In this document: in pieces, positions 1 to 11,318 of the stretch
Numbering within the stretch: the first letter of the stretch is position 1
Layout of the letters: the number at the start of each line of letters is the position of its first letter
Origin: Alphaproteobacteria bacterium
Lineage (GTDB): Bacteria; Pseudomonadota; Alphaproteobacteria; GCA-2731375
DNA: 64,000 bases
Direction of reading: 5' to 3'
Assembly (NCBI GenBank): GCA_965232515.1
Contig: CBDDPY010000002.1
Coordinates: 3,488,001 to 3,552,000 of the forward strand
Translations under genes and position numbers: made by a program
Notes under the pieces: generated by a model
Told to the model about the DNA's origin: nothing
The model's database searches: none
What the model saw: only the letters and a program-made list of their open reading frames with translations

Positions 1-616
1 GCGGCGACCGGATCACCGAACACACGCCGCATCACGCCTATCCCGGCTGCTATGCGCTCTCGAAGGTCCTCGAAGAGGTGATGCTCGAGCAGTTCGGCCT
101 GCAGTACGGGATCGACTGGTGCTGCCTGCGCGCGCCGTGGATCATGGAAAAGGACGATTTCAAGTTTTCGCTGTCGTTCGGCGACGACGTCTCGGCGGGC
201 CCGTCTGGAAGGATCTGGTCGAGCCCGAGGCCGCCCGCCGATACGCGGCGGCCGGGACGGTTCCGATCCTGCTCGACACGACCGGACGGCCGCTGACGCG
301 GAACTTCGTGCATCTGTCCGATCTTGTCGATGCCATCTTTTGCGCGCTCGACAATCCGAACGCGCGCCAACAGCTGTTCAACATCTGCATGGACGCGCCC
401 GTCGACTATGCCGAGGTCGGCCGCTATCTGAACCAGACGCAAGCGCTGGACAACGTCGAGATCGCCAGCGACTACCACAGCAATTGGATGGACAACGCGA
501 AGGCGCGCGCGGCGCTCGACTGGGCGCCGCGGTACGACCTGCACCGCCTGATTGACGAGGCCTGGGCCTATCGCCGAAGCGCCGACGATCCGCGCAAGAT
601 CTGGTACCCGGGCTGA
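1..616 (+). pseudogene. NAD-dependent epimerase/dehydratase (extended SDR), 5'-truncated by the window, with an apparent 1-nt frameshift near 190-192
   Basis: The frame starting at nt 3 reads GDRITEHTPHHAYPGCYALSKVLEE (SDR YxxxK). The protein continues in another frame as GGPVWK...RNFVHLSDLVDA...FNIC...DNAKARAALDWAPRY. Restoring one T (gtc-[t]tc-ggc) joins the frames. Could be a sequencing error. Confidence 0.7.
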
Positions 617-669
617 CATCAACCGGCCTGTTTCAGGCCAGACAAAAACGACGACCAGGGAGAGACATC

Positions 670-1650
670 ATGAAAGCAAGCATCAGAACGCTGGGATTGG
701 CCGCGGCGATCGCGCTGATGGCCGGCACCTCGGCGGCCGCGGACAAGACGCTGGCGATTGTCGTCAAGGCGATGGACAACCCGTTCTTCGACCTGGTTCG
801 CGACGGCTGCAAGAAGGCGGCCGGCGAGCTCGACGGCATCGAGTGCCTGTATATCGGGCCGTCGACCCACACCGAAGCCGATCAGTTGCAGATCATCGAG
901 GACCTGCTGACGCGCGGCGTCGATGCGATGGCGATTTCGCCGTCGAACGCGCCGGTGGTCGCCAAACTGCTGAAGCGGCGCAAGCCGTCCATTCCGGTCA
1001 TCACGATCGACGCCGACGTACTGCCGAGCGACGCCGCGGTTCGCAAGCTGTATCTGGGCACGAACAACTATGACCTCGGCGTTCGGCTGGCCGAATACCT
1101 GCAGGAATTGAAGCCGAACGGCGGGTCGGTCTGCCTGGTGCTCGGCGGCCCGGCCGCGGACAACATCAACCAGCGCGCACAAGGCTCGCGCGATGTGCTG
1201 TCGGGCCAGAAGGGCATCGACCGCCTGACCGGCCAGAACGGCTGGACCGAAATCGACGGGTGCCCGCTCTACACCAACGACGATGCGGCGCTGGGCGTGC
1301 AGATGATGACCGACGTGCTGACCGCGAATCCGGACCTGGATGCGTTCATTCTCGAAGGCGGCTGGCCGCAATTCGCACCGCAGGCCTATGCCCAGATGAC
1401 CGATCTGCACATGGACAAGATCAAATCCAAGAAGCTGGCCATCGTGGTGTCCGACACGCTGCCGCCGCAGATCACCGCGTTGAAACAGGGCCGGAGCCAC
1501 GTTCAGGTCGGGCAGCGGCCTTATGAGATGGGCTACCGCGCCATCTACGTGATGAACGACATGCTCGCGGGCAAAAGCTTCGACGGCGATATCTATACCG
1601 GCCTGGACGAATGCACGCCGGCGAACGTCGACAGCTGCCTCGCCAAATAG
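670..1650 (+). CDS. Sugar ABC transporter substrate-binding protein (RbsB/Peripla_BP_4 family)
   Basis: Signal peptide; VVKAMDNPFF, GVDAMAISP, PVITIDAD, LGTNNY and QRPYEMG motifs; RBS GGGAGA. Confidence 0.9.
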   Translation: MKASIRTLGLAAAIALMAGTSAAADKTLAIVVKAMDNPFFDLVRDGCKKAAGELDGIECLYIGPSTHTEADQLQIIEDLLTRGVDAMAISPSNAPVVAKLLKRRKPSIPVITIDADVLPSDAAVRKLYLGTNNYDLGVRLAEYLQELKPNGGSVCLVLGGPAADNINQRAQGSRDVLSGQKGIDRLTGQNGWTEIDGCPLYTNDDAALGVQMMTDVLTANPDLDAFILEGGWPQFAPQAYAQMTDLHMDKIKSKKLAIVVSDTLPPQITALKQGRSHVQVGQRPYEMGYRAIYVMNDMLAGKSFDGDIYTGLDECTPANVDSCLAK

Positions 1651-1701
1651 GTCTCCACGTTGCCCGGGCCTTCCCAGACGCCCACGGCAACCAACTTCAG
1701 C

Positions 1702-1733
1702 CAGGGCGCGGCGATGCCGCGCCCTGTTTTTTT
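1702..1733 (+). terminator. Intrinsic terminator
   Basis: CAGGGCGCGGC-gat-GCCGCGCCCTG 11-bp stem followed by T7, downstream of the binding-protein gene. Confidence 0.85.
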
Positions 1734-1787
1734 GCGTTTCGATCCGAACTGGCGCCGCGCGCGACGGCGCATAGCCGCCACCGATCG

Positions 1788-2699
1788 TCAGGCCTGCGCC
1801 ACTGCCAGCCGTTCGTCCTGCGCTTCCAGCGGCAGGAAGTCGTAGCCATGCAACTTATTGACGTTGGCCAATTCCGCTTGATTAAGCGCATGGAACGGCC
1901 GCTCGCTTTTCTTTAGCAGTTCCAGATTTTCCGAAAACACCTTCCAGTCGGCGTCCGAGCGATAATGCTGCTGGTTCGGCACCACGTCCCAGCGGCTGTC
2001 GGCGCCTTTTTCGGCAAAAGCCACCACGCCCATTTCGGTATCGACCGTGATGTTCGGGATCGGCGGCTGGTCTTTGGAAAAGGCGTCGTAGTCGAAGCTC
2101 CAAATCAGCCAAGGCGTATCGGGCGCGAGGATCACATGATAGATCTTACAGTCCGAAAACCGGTTCATGACGAAATAGTCCAGGAACCAATGCGCCGTGA
2201 AAATCAGATACGGAAGGTGATGGTTGCTGGCCTGGTTTATCGTGAAAACGCGCCCGTTCGGCTTCAACAGACGCGCGATGTTGCGCATCGCATCGCCCGG
2301 GCTGAACACATTGTCGAAGGTGCTGCCGTCGATGATGAAATCGGCGTATTCATCCAATTCATCCGGTATCGGCCGGTTCAGGTCATGGATGATATTGGCG
2401 CCTTCGTAGTCGCTGTGATCGAGCCAGGCGATATCGGTGGCGCCGAGCAACCGGAAGAAGGAATCGTCGGTGATGTATTCCTCGTCCTGATGCTGTCCCG
2501 CGGCCACTGTCTGCCGGTCAACCTCCAGATCGTCGATGCCGATGTCGCCCGTGTCGACGCCGAACTCATGCGCCATGTCCATCGCTTGCTGACGCGACAG
2601 TTGGACGGTCTGCCGGCCGATAAGAAGCAGCTTTCCCCGGATCGGGCGGTAAAGATGCTCCCGCATGATCATCTCGGCGAGTGTTCTGGCGATACCCAT
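1788..2699 (-). CDS. Class I SAM-dependent methyltransferase-like protein
   Basis: LDHSDYEGANIIHDLNRPIP...ADFIIDGSTFDNVF...NIARLLKPNGRV fits a methyltransferase fold. Visibly more AT-rich than the flanking genes. Start chosen at MGIART. Confidence 0.65.
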   Translation of the reverse strand: MGIARTLAEMIMREHLYRPIRGKLLLIGRQTVQLSRQQAMDMAHEFGVDTGDIGIDDLEVDRQTVAAGQHQDEEYITDDSFFRLLGATDIAWLDHSDYEGANIIHDLNRPIPDELDEYADFIIDGSTFDNVFSPGDAMRNIARLLKPNGRVFTINQASNHHLPYLIFTAHWFLDYFVMNRFSDCKIYHVILAPDTPWLIWSFDYDAFSKDQPPIPNITVDTEMGVVAFAEKGADSRWDVVPNQQHYRSDADWKVFSENLELLKKSERPFHALNQAELANVNKLHGYDFLPLEAQDERLAVAQA

Positions 2700-2879
2700 G
2701 ACAACGCACCCTTCCGTGCAAACGTCAAAAACGTTCAGCAGGATTTCCGGGTCGTCCGTCAGCCAACACCGTCGGCGCCGAAGCGCCATTGCGCTGGCCC
2801 ACGATCGGGCCATCGAACCGCTGTGGACGGCGGAACCCCCACTGAACCACCCACAACCACAGGCAATATTCTTGTTCGC

Positions 2880-2894
2880 TTAATTTAGGATTAA
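2880..2894. promoter_or_regulatory. Candidate CtrA binding site (TTAA-N7-TTAA)
   Basis: TTAA-tttagga-TTAA in an AT-rich intergenic patch about 180 nt upstream of the methyltransferase-like gene. Confidence 0.35.
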
Positions 2895-3079
2895 GGCGGG
2901 CATTAAGCGGTCGCCAAATATCGGAAACGCTTACCGTCGCAACCGCCTGAAGCCGCAACGGTCGTAGGGCGAGGCCGCATTGCAAACTTGGCAATAGACA
3001 AGGTGAGGTATGTCCTCATTCGCAAGCCGCCTTCCCTAAAGCTACGGCTTCGCGCAGGCAGGCGCTCGAAGAGCGAAGG

Positions 3080-3155
3080 TGGTGCCCAGGGGCGGAATCG
3101 AACCACCGACACGCGGATTTTCAGTCCACTGCTCTACCAACTGAGCTACCTGGGC
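3080..3155 (-). tRNA. tRNA-Phe(GAA)
   Basis: Reverse complement is GCCCAGGTAGCTCAGTTGGTAGAGCAGTGGACTGAAAATCCGCGTGTCGGTGGTTCGATTCCGCCCCTGGGCACCA: cloverleaf, GAA anticodon, encoded CCA. Confidence 0.97.
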
Positions 3156-3247
3156 GCCGGCTCGGCGGACCGGCGGGGCCGGTTCGCGAGGACGAGGTTG
3201 TTTACGGGAATCGGTTCGGCCTGTCCAGAGCTTCCGGACCACTGCGG

Positions 3248-3472
3248 TCAGCGATCGTCGGCCTCGTCGCGGTCCGCCATCAGACGCTCGATATCTTCCG
3301 CATCGACGTCGTCGGGCGGTTCGACGGCGGGAATCGCATAATTGCCGCCGAACCAGCGGCCGAGATCGACGTCGGCGCAGCGGCGCGAGCAGAACGGGCG
3401 GTAGCGCGCCACCGCTGGCTTGCCGCAGATCGCGCAGGCCTTGAGCGGCGTATTGTCGTTGGCGCCGCTCAT
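3248..3472 (-). CDS. yacG: DNA gyrase inhibitor YacG
   Basis: CAICGKP...YRPFCSRRCADVDLGRW zinc-finger motif; start overlaps the stop of the RNase G gene. Confidence 0.92.
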   Translation of the reverse strand: MSGANDNTPLKACAICGKPAVARYRPFCSRRCADVDLGRWFGGNYAIPAVEPPDDVDAEDIERLMADRDEADDR

Positions 3473-4920
3473 GCCGGGCCGATCCTGTAGTCGGCGCGGC
3501 CGCAGGCCGTATCGGCGTGCAGCGTCACGGCGCAGCCGAGCCGGTTGGCGAGCGCCTGGGTCAGCCGGTCGTCGTCGTCGCCGAGCCGGGCAATGATCTC
3601 CGGCGCGGCCGAGATCAGCAGCGGCCGGCCGGGCAGCGCCGCGGCCTCGGCCTCGGCCCGGCGCAGCAGGCCCGAGGTGACCGCGGCGACGGTCGGCTGC
3701 CGGCCGCCGGCAGCGATATCGGGCACCGGCTCGGTCAGCAGATGCGCGAGCGGCTCGCGCACGCGGCGGCGGGTCATCTCGACCAGACCCAGCTCCGACA
3801 TGCCGGCGACCCGGATCGGCGCCCTGTCGCGGGCGAGCGCCTGGCCGAACGTCTCGAGCAACCTGTTGACGTTGCCCTCGGCGTTCATGCGCATGAAGTC
3901 GACCACGACGATGCCGCCGATGTCGCGCAGGCGCAGCTGCCAGGCGATCTCCTCGGCCGCCTCCAGATTGGTCCGAAGCGCCGTCTCCTCGGCGTCGACG
4001 CCGGCGGTGTAGCGGCCGGAATTGACGTCGATGGCGGTCAGCGCCTCGGTCGCCTCGATGACGATGGCGCCGCCCGACGGCAACGGCACGCGCGGCTGCA
4101 GCGCCTCGTCGATATCGCCCTCGATATCGTAGCTGTCGAACAGTAGCGCCGGTCCCTGATGGCGCTGCAAGCGATCGACGGACCAGGGCAGGGCGCCGGC
4201 GCAATAGTCGCGCAGCCGGCCGAGCGCGGCGCCGTCGTCGACCGCGACGCGCTGCACATCGGGCGACATGTGGTCGCGTAAAGCGGCGCAGACCGGATCG
4301 ATGCCGGCCTCGATGCAGGCCGGCGGCTCGGCTGCGTCCAGACGCGCCGAGATATCGTTCCAGCTCTCCACGAGATGGGCGGCCTCGTCGCGCAGGTCTT
4401 CGGCGTCGACGCCGACGGCCGCGGTTCGCAGGATCAGGCCGCCACTACCGCCGAGCCCGTCGACGGCCGCCGCCAGCCTGTCGCGTTCGGTCGCGTCGTC
4501 GATCCGCCGGGAGATGCTGACGCCGCGCCGCCAGGGCGCCAGCACCAGATGCCGGCCCGGCAGCGTGATGTCGGTGGTCAGCCGCGGGCCCTTGTCGCCG
4601 ATCGGTTCTTTCGTGACCTGCACCAGGACGGCCTGTCCTTCGTGCACGGCCTCGGCAATGCGCGGCCGGTCGCCAACCGATCCGACACCGTCGGCGTAGC
4701 GGGCGTCACGCGCCGGCAGAAAGCCGCTGCGATCGAGGCCGATATCGACGAAGGCCGCCTGCACGCCGTTCGCCACATGCGTGACCCGGCCGAGATAAAG
4801 CCGGCCGACCATGGCCGTGTCGCCGGCCGGCGCGAAGATCAACTCGGCCAGGCGGCCGTCGTCGAGCAGCGCAATCCGCGTTTCCAGCAGGCCGACATTG
4901 ACCAGGATCTCGTCGGTCAT
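3469..4920 (-). CDS. rng: Ribonuclease E/G family protein
   Basis: S1 domain (YLGRV...AAFVDIG), [42 protein letters not shown]. Confidence 0.92.
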   Translation of the reverse strand: MTDEILVNVGLLETRIALLDDGRLAELIFAPAGDTAMVGRLYLGRVTHVANGVQAAFVDIGLDRSGFLPARDARYADGVGSVGDRPRIAEAVHEGQAVLVQVTKEPIGDKGPRLTTDITLPGRHLVLAPWRRGVSISRRIDDATERDRLAAAVDGLGGSGGLILRTAAVGVDAEDLRDEAAHLVESWNDISARLDAAEPPACIEAGIDPVCAALRDHMSPDVQRVAVDDGAALGRLRDYCAGALPWSVDRLQRHQGPALLFDSYDIEGDIDEALQPRVPLPSGGAIVIEATEALTAIDVNSGRYTAGVDAEETALRTNLEAAEEIAWQLRLRDIGGIVVVDFMRMNAEGNVNRLLETFGQALARDRAPIRVAGMSELGLVEMTRRRVREPLAHLLTEPVPDIAAGGRQPTVAAVTSGLLRRAEAEAAALPGRPLLISAAPEIIARLGDDDDRLTQALANRLGCAVTLHADTACGRADYRIGPA

Positions 4921-5573
4921 GCCGGCGCCGCCTCCGCTGTCGCCATTTCGTGCACCGGAAAGCCTAGACCGTTCAGCAGGGCCGCGGTCTCGTACAGCGG
5001 CAAACCGACGACGTTTGAATAAGAGCCGTTCAGCGCGCGCACGAAGATCGCGGCGCGGCCCTGAACGGCGTAGCCGCCGGCCTTGCCGCGCCATTCGCCG
5101 CTGTCGAGGTACCAGTCGATGTCATCCGGCGTGAGCCGCTTGAAAGTGACGGTCGTCGTGACCAGACGGGTCGTCCGGCGGTTGCCGGGCGCGATCACAT
5201 GCACGCCGGTCAGCACGCGATGGCGGCGGCCCGACAGCAGATTCAGACAGCTCCGCGCCTCGGCCGGTTCGTTCGCCTTCGGCAGGATGCGGCGGCCGCA
5301 GGCCACGACAGTATCGGCCGCCAGCACGAAGGCGTCGCCATGGGCGCAGCCGTCGACCGCCGCGGCCTTGGCCTCGGCCAGCCGCCGCGCCAGATCGACC
5401 GGCCGCTCGCGCGGGCGCGGCGTCTCGTCGACATCCTTGGGCGCCACCGCGTCCGGCGTCACGCCGATTTGCCGCAGCAGCGCCAGCCGGCGTGGCGAAG
5501 CCGAGGCTAGAACCAGTCGTGGGCGCGGAGCGGCGTTATCGGCGGGCGCTGCCGGCACGGCAGAAACCGACAT
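4917..5573 (-). CDS. maf: Maf-family nucleoside triphosphate pyrophosphatase
   Basis: [41 protein letters not shown]. Confidence 0.95.
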   Translation of the reverse strand: MSVSAVPAAPADNAAPRPRLVLASASPRRLALLRQIGVTPDAVAPKDVDETPRPRERPVDLARRLAEAKAAAVDGCAHGDAFVLAADTVVACGRRILPKANEPAEARSCLNLLSGRRHRVLTGVHVIAPGNRRTTRLVTTTVTFKRLTPDDIDWYLDSGEWRGKAGGYAVQGRAAIFVRALNGSYSNVVGLPLYETAALLNGLGFPVHEMATAEAAPA

Positions 5574-5791
5574 TATTTGAAGCGGTAGGTGATCCGACCC
5601 TTGCTCAGGTCATAGGGCGTCATCTCGACCAGCACCTTGTCGCCGGCGAGCACCCGGATGCGGTGCTTGCGCATCTTGCCGGCCGTGTGGGCCAGAACTT
5701 CGTGATCATTGTCGAGCTTTACGCGAAACATCGCGTTCGGCAGCAGTTCGGTGACCGTGCCGGGAAATTCGAGCAGTTCCTCTTTCGCCAT
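5573..5791 (-). CDS. infA: Translation initiation factor IF-1
   Basis: [28 protein letters not shown]...[23 protein letters not shown]. Confidence 0.98.
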   Translation of the reverse strand: MAKEELLEFPGTVTELLPNAMFRVKLDNDHEVLAHTAGKMRKHRIRVLAGDKVLVEMTPYDLSKGRITYRFK

Positions 5792-5877
5792 TCCCTATCC
5801 TTCTTTTGTCCCTAAGCGACCAGGAAGATGCGAACGATAGGCCAAAAAAGCAAGCGATTTGGTTGGTAAACAGGCGT

Positions 5878-6330
5878 TCACGTCGCCGATCCGCCGCCGT
5901 TTTCACCGTTCAACAGCCGGGCGCGGATGCGCTGAAGCAGCCCGTCACGAACCTCGCGATAAGACTCCAGTATCCGCTCGCGGCTGCCCTGCGTGATGGT
6001 CGGGTCGAAGGTCGGCCAGTATTCGACCTCGCAGGCCATGGTGCGGGTCATCTCGACCGCCTTGTGCTGAGCTTCCGGCGTTAGCGAGATGATGAGGTCG
6101 AACGAGCTGTCCTCGAGATCGTCGAAGCTCTTCGGATTGTGCCGCGAGAGATCGATATCGATCTCGGCCATCACCGCGACGGCGAAGCCGTCGAGCTCGC
6201 CGGTACGCACGCCGGCGGAATCCACGTAGACGCGGTCGCCGGCCAGGTGTTTGGCGATCGCTTCCGCCATGGGCGAGCGCACGGCGTTGAGATTGCAGGC
6301 GAAAAGCAGGCTGCCGGGGAGCGTCGACAT
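5878..6330 (-). CDS. Low-molecular-weight phosphatase / ArsC-like protein
   Basis: LFACNLNAVRSPMAEA P-loop motif, DSAGV; usual alphaproteobacterial position between UPF0262 and infA. Confidence 0.88.
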   Translation of the reverse strand: MSTLPGSLLFACNLNAVRSPMAEAIAKHLAGDRVYVDSAGVRTGELDGFAVAVMAEIDIDLSRHNPKSFDDLEDSSFDLIISLTPEAQHKAVEMTRTMACEVEYWPTFDPTITQGSRERILESYREVRDGLLQRIRARLLNGENGGGSAT

Positions 6331-6357
6331 CTTTATGAGCGGCCCTTCGGGCCGCGG

Positions 6358-6440
6358 CTCGACCCGTCCCACTCCCCCACCCGACCACCCATTGAGCATA
6401 CTTCCGTGGGTGGTCGGGTTGGGGAGCGGGACGGGTCGAG
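6358..6440. repeat. Long intergenic inverted repeat (34-bp arms, 2 differences, 15-nt loop)
   Basis: CTCGACCCGTCCCACTCCCCCACCCGACCACCCA ... TGGGTGGTCGGGTTGGGGAGCGGGACGGGTCGAG; a small GCGGCCC/GGGCCGC hairpin lies next to it at 6339-6355. Confidence 0.85.
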
Positions 6441-6465
6441 TACAGTCAACATAGACCTCACCTCC

Positions 6466-6942
6466 TCACCCCCGGATCTGCAGGACGCAGACCAGCGTGA
6501 ACAGGCGGCGCGAGGTGTCTTCGTCGATCTCGATCTTGTCGGCGAGGCGCTCGCGCAACAGCTCCGCGCCCTCGTTGTGCAGGCCCCGGCGGCCCATGTC
6601 GATGGCCTCGATCTGCGACGGCGAGGCCGTCTTGATGGCCTGGTAGTAGCTCTCGCAGATCGTGAAATAGTCTTTGATGATGCGGCGGAACGGACTGAGC
6701 GGCAGCAGCACGCGGCCGAGCGGCGCACCGTCGGCGTCGCCGATGGCCATGACCAGCCGGTTCTCCTCCATGCCGAGCTCGAGGCTGTAGGGGCCCTGAT
6801 AATCGCCGACCGGCCGGAAGCGGTTCTCCTCCAACAGGTCGTACATGGCGACGCGGCGCTCGTGCTCGATGTCCGGTGAACGCCGGATCACCGTGCGCTC
6901 GTCGAGCGCGATGTGCACGATGCGCTGGTCGTCCGACACCAT
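6466..6942 (-). CDS. UPF0262 family protein
   Basis: EHERRVAMYDLLEENRF, LSPFRRIIKDYF, IEAIDMGRRGLHNEG, RRLFTLVCVL. Confidence 0.92.
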   Translation of the reverse strand: MVSDDQRIVHIALDERTVIRRSPDIEHERRVAMYDLLEENRFRPVGDYQGPYSLELGMEENRLVMAIGDADGAPLGRVLLPLSPFRRIIKDYFTICESYYQAIKTASPSQIEAIDMGRRGLHNEGAELLRERLADKIEIDEDTSRRLFTLVCVLQIRG

Positions 6943-6988
6943 GCGCCCCGGTCAGCGGCCCAAACGGTCGAGCGCGCCAGGCATCGGC

Positions 6989-8290
6989 TCAATCCCGACG
7001 GTTCAGCCGGATGGCGATGGAGCGAGCGTGCGCCGGCAAGCCCTCGGCCTCGGCCAAGGCGATCGCGGCCGGGCCGATCTCAGCCAATGCGTCGGCGTCA
7101 CAGCGGATCAGGCTGGTGCGCTTGACGAAATCGAGCACGGACAGGCCGGAGGCGAAGCGCGCCCGCCGCGCCGTCGGCAGCACGTGGTTCGGTCCGCCGA
7201 CATAGTCGCCGACGGCTTCCGGGGTGTGCCGGCCGAGGAAGATGGCGCCGGCCTGGCCCACCTTGGCGGCCAGCGGCTCGGGCGCCGCGATCGCCAGCTC
7301 CAGATGCTCCGGCGCGATGGCGTTGATCAGATCGGGCGCCTCGCTCATCAGATCCTCGACGACGATCAATGCGCCGTGGTCGCGCCAGCTTTCGGCCGCG
7401 ATATGGCTGTCGGGCGCCGCGGCGAGCTGAGCCTCGACGGCGGCAGCGACGGCCTCAACGAAGGCGGCATCGTCGGTGATCAGGATCGACTGCGCGGCGG
7501 TATCGTGCTCGGCCTGTGACAGCAGGTCGGCGGCGATCCAGGAAGGGTCATTCTCCGCGTCCGCCACCACCAGGATCTCGGACGGGCCGGCGATGGTGTC
7601 GATGCCGACGTCGCCGAACACCTGCCGCTTGGCCGTGGCGACATAGGCGTTGCCGGGCCCGACGATCTTGTCGACGGGCGCGATGGTATCGGTGCCGTAG
7701 GCGAGCGCGGCCACGGCTTGGGCGCCGCCGACGCGATAGATCTCGTCGATGCCGGAGATACGGGCGGCCGCCAGCACCAGCGGGTTGAGCGTACCGTCCG
7801 GCGTCGGCACGGTCATGGCGACGCGCGGCACGCCGGCGATCCTGGCCGGCAGCGCGTTCATCAACACGGACGACGGATAGGCCGCGAGCCCGCCCGGCAC
7901 ATAGAGCCCGACCGCGGCGATCGCGGTCCAGCGATGGCCGAGCTCGACGCCGCTCGCGTCCGTGAAACGGTCGTCCGACGGCATTTGGCGGGCGTGAAAC
8001 GCTTCGATGCGGTCCGCGGCGAATTTCAGCGCGTCCAACGTCTCGGGCTCGCATTCGGACCAGGCGGCATCGATCTCGGCTGTGGTGAAACGCAGCCGGT
8101 CAGCGGTGTAGGCGACGCGGTCAAAACGTTCGGTCAGTTCCAGCACGGCGGCATCGCCGCGCGCCCGGACGTCGGCAACGATGTCGGCAACGACGTCCGC
8201 GACATCGCTCGCGGTCTCGCGCTTTTCCGCCAGCAGCGCCGCGAAGGCGTCGGCGAAGCCGGCGTCGGTGCTGTTCAGCCTATGCGGCAT
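6989..8290 (-). CDS. hisD: Histidinol dehydrogenase
   Basis: [63 protein letters not shown]. Confidence 0.97.
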   Translation of the reverse strand: MPHRLNSTDAGFADAFAALLAEKRETASDVADVVADIVADVRARGDAAVLELTERFDRVAYTADRLRFTTAEIDAAWSECEPETLDALKFAADRIEAFHARQMPSDDRFTDASGVELGHRWTAIAAVGLYVPGGLAAYPSSVLMNALPARIAGVPRVAMTVPTPDGTLNPLVLAAARISGIDEIYRVGGAQAVAALAYGTDTIAPVDKIVGPGNAYVATAKRQVFGDVGIDTIAGPSEILVVADAENDPSWIAADLLSQAEHDTAAQSILITDDAAFVEAVAAAVEAQLAAAPDSHIAAESWRDHGALIVVEDLMSEAPDLINAIAPEHLELAIAAPEPLAAKVGQAGAIFLGRHTPEAVGDYVGGPNHVLPTARRARFASGLSVLDFVKRTSLIRCDADALAEIGPAAIALAEAEGLPAHARSIAIRLNRRD

Positions 8291-8942
8291 CGAGGGCCTC
8301 GCCAATGCGGCCGATCCAATCGCCAATCTGCTCGGGCCGGGTCTTGAAGGCGGCGCGGTTGACGATCAGCCGCGAGGTGATCTCGGCGATCGTCTCGACC
8401 TCGACCAGGCCGTTCGCGCGCAGCGTCGCGCCGGTGCTGACCAGGTCGACGATGCGCCGGCACAGGCCCAGGCCGGGCGCCAGCTCCATGGCGCCGTTCA
8501 GCTTGATGCATTCGGCCTGCACGCCGCGGGCGGCGAAGTGGCGGCGGGTGATCTCGGGATACTTGGTGGCGATGCGAATGTGGCTCCACTGTGCCGGATC
8601 GTCCTCGGCCAAGAGCTCGGCCGGCTCGGCGACGGCAAGACGGCAGTGGCCGACCTTCAGATCGAGCGGCGCATAGAGCTCGGAATAGTCGAACTCCATC
8701 AGCACGTCGTTGCCGGCGACGCCGATCTGCGCCGCGCCGAACGCCACGAACGTGGCCACGTCGAAGCTGCGCACGCGGATGATGCTGACATCAGGGTCGC
8801 GCGTGGCGAAACGCAGCTGACGGGAATTGGGATCGTCGAAGGCCGGCTCCGGCTCGAGGCCAGCCCGGCGCAGGATCGGCATCACCTCGCCGAGGATCCG
8901 CCCCTTGGGGAGCGCAATGACCAGGGGGTCGTTGGCGCGCAT
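8280..8942 (-). CDS. hisG: ATP phosphoribosyltransferase (short form)
   Basis: [42 protein letters not shown]. Confidence 0.96.
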   Translation of the reverse strand: MRANDPLVIALPKGRILGEVMPILRRAGLEPEPAFDDPNSRQLRFATRDPDVSIIRVRSFDVATFVAFGAAQIGVAGNDVLMEFDYSELYAPLDLKVGHCRLAVAEPAELLAEDDPAQWSHIRIATKYPEITRRHFAARGVQAECIKLNGAMELAPGLGLCRRIVDLVSTGATLRANGLVEVETIAEITSRLIVNRAAFKTRPEQIGDWIGRIGEALDAA

Positions 8943-8961
8943 CGGCTGGTCATTCCCCCGT

Positions 8962-9420
8962 TCAGGCCGGCGCGTCGTCGGGATGTTCCGGCCGGTTCGG
9001 CGTCGGCCAGGAATCGCCGATATCGGCCAGGTGACAATCGATCACCTCGGCCTGCAGCAGCACGGCCCCGCCGCCGGCGAAGGTCAGCGTGATGTCGACG
9101 CCGGTCTCAGTCTCGGCTGCCGTCAACGCCAGCAACGGCAGCAGGCCGCCGCGATCGTCCTGGGCGATGTTCTGAACGCGCACGTTCAACACGCTGTCGA
9201 AATGCACGCCGCAGCGGATGCGCTCGCCGCCCTCGGCCATCTTGTTGTTGGCGCGGGCGTGCACGCGCTCCCACATGAAGCGGTTGACCATCAGAACGAA
9301 GCGGCGCTGGCCGCGCTGATAGGTCATGTCGGCCACCCGCGTCAGGCCGTCCTGCAGGCAGGACGAGATCACCGCCAGATCGTCGGCGTCCTGCGCCTCC
9401 AACTTCATCAACGCCGCCAC
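8962..9420 (-). CDS. DUF2948 family protein
   Basis: [18 protein letters not shown]...[13 protein letters not shown]...LTFAGGG; usual position between murA and his genes. Confidence 0.85.
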   Translation of the reverse strand: MAALMKLEAQDADDLAVISSCLQDGLTRVADMTYQRGQRRFVLMVNRFMWERVHARANNKMAEGGERIRCGVHFDSVLNVRVQNIAQDDRGGLLPLLALTAAETETGVDITLTFAGGGAVLLQAEVIDCHLADIGDSWPTPNRPEHPDDAPA

Positions 9421-9433
9421 GGTCCCCCCACAA

Positions 9434-10723
9434 CTACTCGCCTTTGACCCGCTCGATCTCGGCGCCGCAGCCGGCGAGCTTGGCTTCCAGATCGGCATAA
9501 CCCCGGTCGAGATGATAAACCCGATTGACGACGGTTTCGCCCTCGGCCGCGAGTCCCGCCAGTACCAGAGAGACCGAGGCCCGAAGATCGGTCGCCATCA
9601 CCGGCGCGCCGGACAGCCGCTCGACGCCGCGCACCATGGCCACGGGCCCCTTCACCTGGATGTCGGCGCCCATGCGGGCGAGCTCGGGCACATGCATGAA
9701 GCGGTTCTCGAAGATCGTCTCGGTGATCATCGCCGCGCCCCTGGCGACCGTCATCAGCGTCATGACCTGGGCCTGCAGGTCGGTCGGAAAGCCGGGATAA
9801 GGTTGGGTCGTGACGTCGACCCCGCTCAATGCGGATCCGTTGCGCGAGACCTTCAGGCCACGCTCGGTCAGGTCCAAAGCCACGCCGGCCTCGTTCAGGA
9901 TGCCGACGGCGGCTTCCATCAGGCTGCTGTCGGCGCCGATCAACTCGACCGTGCCGCCGGTCATCGCCGCGGCCATGGCGTAAGTCGCGGTCTCGATGCG
10001 GTCGGGCAGCACGCTGTGATCGGCGCCGTGCAGGCGTTCGACGCCCGTGATGTGCAGCATGTCGGTGCCGATGCCCTCGATGCGCGCGCCCATGGCGTTG
10101 AGACAGGCGGCGAGGTCGCCGATTTCGGGTTCGCGGGCGGCGTTCTCCAGCACGGTCTCGCCGCGCGCCAGGGTCGCCGCCATCAGCAGGTTTTCGGTGG
10201 CGCCGACCGAAACCATCGGAAAGCGCACCACGGCGCCGGTCAGCCCCTTGGGGGCGCGCGCGGAGATATAGCCGTCGTCGAGGTCGATCTCGGCGCCGAG
10301 TTGGGCCAGGCCCTTCACGTGCAGGTCGACCGGCCGGGTGCCGATGGCGCAGCCGCCCGGCAGCGAGACGATGGCCTGGCCGAAGCGCGCCAGCAGCGGT
10401 CCCAGCACCAGCACGGAGGCCCGCATCTTGCGCACGATGTCGTAGGGCGCGGTCAGGTTGTGGATATCGTCGGCGCGCAGCTTGACGACGCGACCGGTAA
10501 CACCGCCCGCCGGGTCGCCGCCGTTGAGCTCGACCGCGAGCCCATGCTGCGACAACAGCTGCAGCATGGTGTGGATGTCGGCGAGATCCGGCAGGTTGCG
10601 CAGCGTCAGCGTTTCGTCGGTCAACAGGCCGGCGGCCATCAGCGGCAGGGCGGCGTTCTTGGCGCCGCCGATCGCGATCCGGCCGTTCAGCGGCCGACCG
10701 CCGCGAATACGGATTTTATCCAT
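9434..10723 (-). CDS. murA: UDP-N-acetylglucosamine 1-carboxyvinyltransferase
   Basis: [59 protein letters not shown]. Confidence 0.98.
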   Translation of the reverse strand: MDKIRIRGGRPLNGRIAIGGAKNAALPLMAAGLLTDETLTLRNLPDLADIHTMLQLLSQHGLAVELNGGDPAGGVTGRVVKLRADDIHNLTAPYDIVRKMRASVLVLGPLLARFGQAIVSLPGGCAIGTRPVDLHVKGLAQLGAEIDLDDGYISARAPKGLTGAVVRFPMVSVGATENLLMAATLARGETVLENAAREPEIGDLAACLNAMGARIEGIGTDMLHITGVERLHGADHSVLPDRIETATYAMAAAMTGGTVELIGADSSLMEAAVGILNEAGVALDLTERGLKVSRNGSALSGVDVTTQPYPGFPTDLQAQVMTLMTVARGAAMITETIFENRFMHVPELARMGADIQVKGPVAMVRGVERLSGAPVMATDLRASVSLVLAGLAAEGETVVNRVYHLDRGYADLEAKLAGCGAEIERVKGE

Positions 10724-10866
10724 GTGGTTCCCCAAGGCGCGCGGCTCGGGCCGGCGTCCCGCATCGTGCTCGCGGCGGGACTATTACCGCATTGCAACAT
10801 GTAATGAAACCGCCATCTGCCGGCCCGACAGACGCGGCCAGCGGCGCATTATCAGCGGCAATGCGG

Positions 10867-11037
10867 CTATTTTTTGACGTCGCCGTCGGCCGGCGTGTCG
10901 GCGGCGGCCGCATCCGCCCGCCCGCGCCCCTGCGCCTTGCGCCGCTGCAGGTTGTCGCGCAACGCCCGCGCCAGCCGTTCCTCACGTTCGCGGCGGGCGG
11001 CCTGCTTTGCGCTTTCCTTGTCGTTTTTGCTCGTCAT
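10867..11037 (-). CDS. Small conserved hypothetical protein
   Basis: REERLARALRDNLQRRKAQ resembles the small basic proteins found upstream of murA in alphaproteobacteria. Confidence 0.65.
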   Translation of the reverse strand: MTSKNDKESAKQAARREREERLARALRDNLQRRKAQGRGRADAAAADTPADGDVKK

Positions 11038-11176
11038 GCTCGGTTCCAGGCGTATCGTGCCGGCTCGAACCTGCCCCGCCGAACTCCCGGCGGTCAAGTG
11101 GACGCCTGTCAGGCGATCCTTGTATTCCCGCCTTGCACGCCACCCGGCCCTATGGCAGTTTCCGCGCCACACCTGC

Positions 11177-11251
<75 letters not shown>

Positions 11252-11318
11252 TCTAATCCCTTAACTCTCTTCACATATCGCCGACAACCCCGCGACGCGC
11301 GTTCGCGCCAAATGACGC

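Noticed and set aside
3473-4204. 318-aa ORF fused to YacG
   Set aside because: The upstream part is an Arg-rich alternative frame within the RNase G gene; YacG starts at 3472.
9326-10804. Long plus-strand ORFs opposite murA (and likewise opposite other genes)
   Set aside because: Stop-poor antisense frames are expected in high-GC coding DNA and show no motifs.
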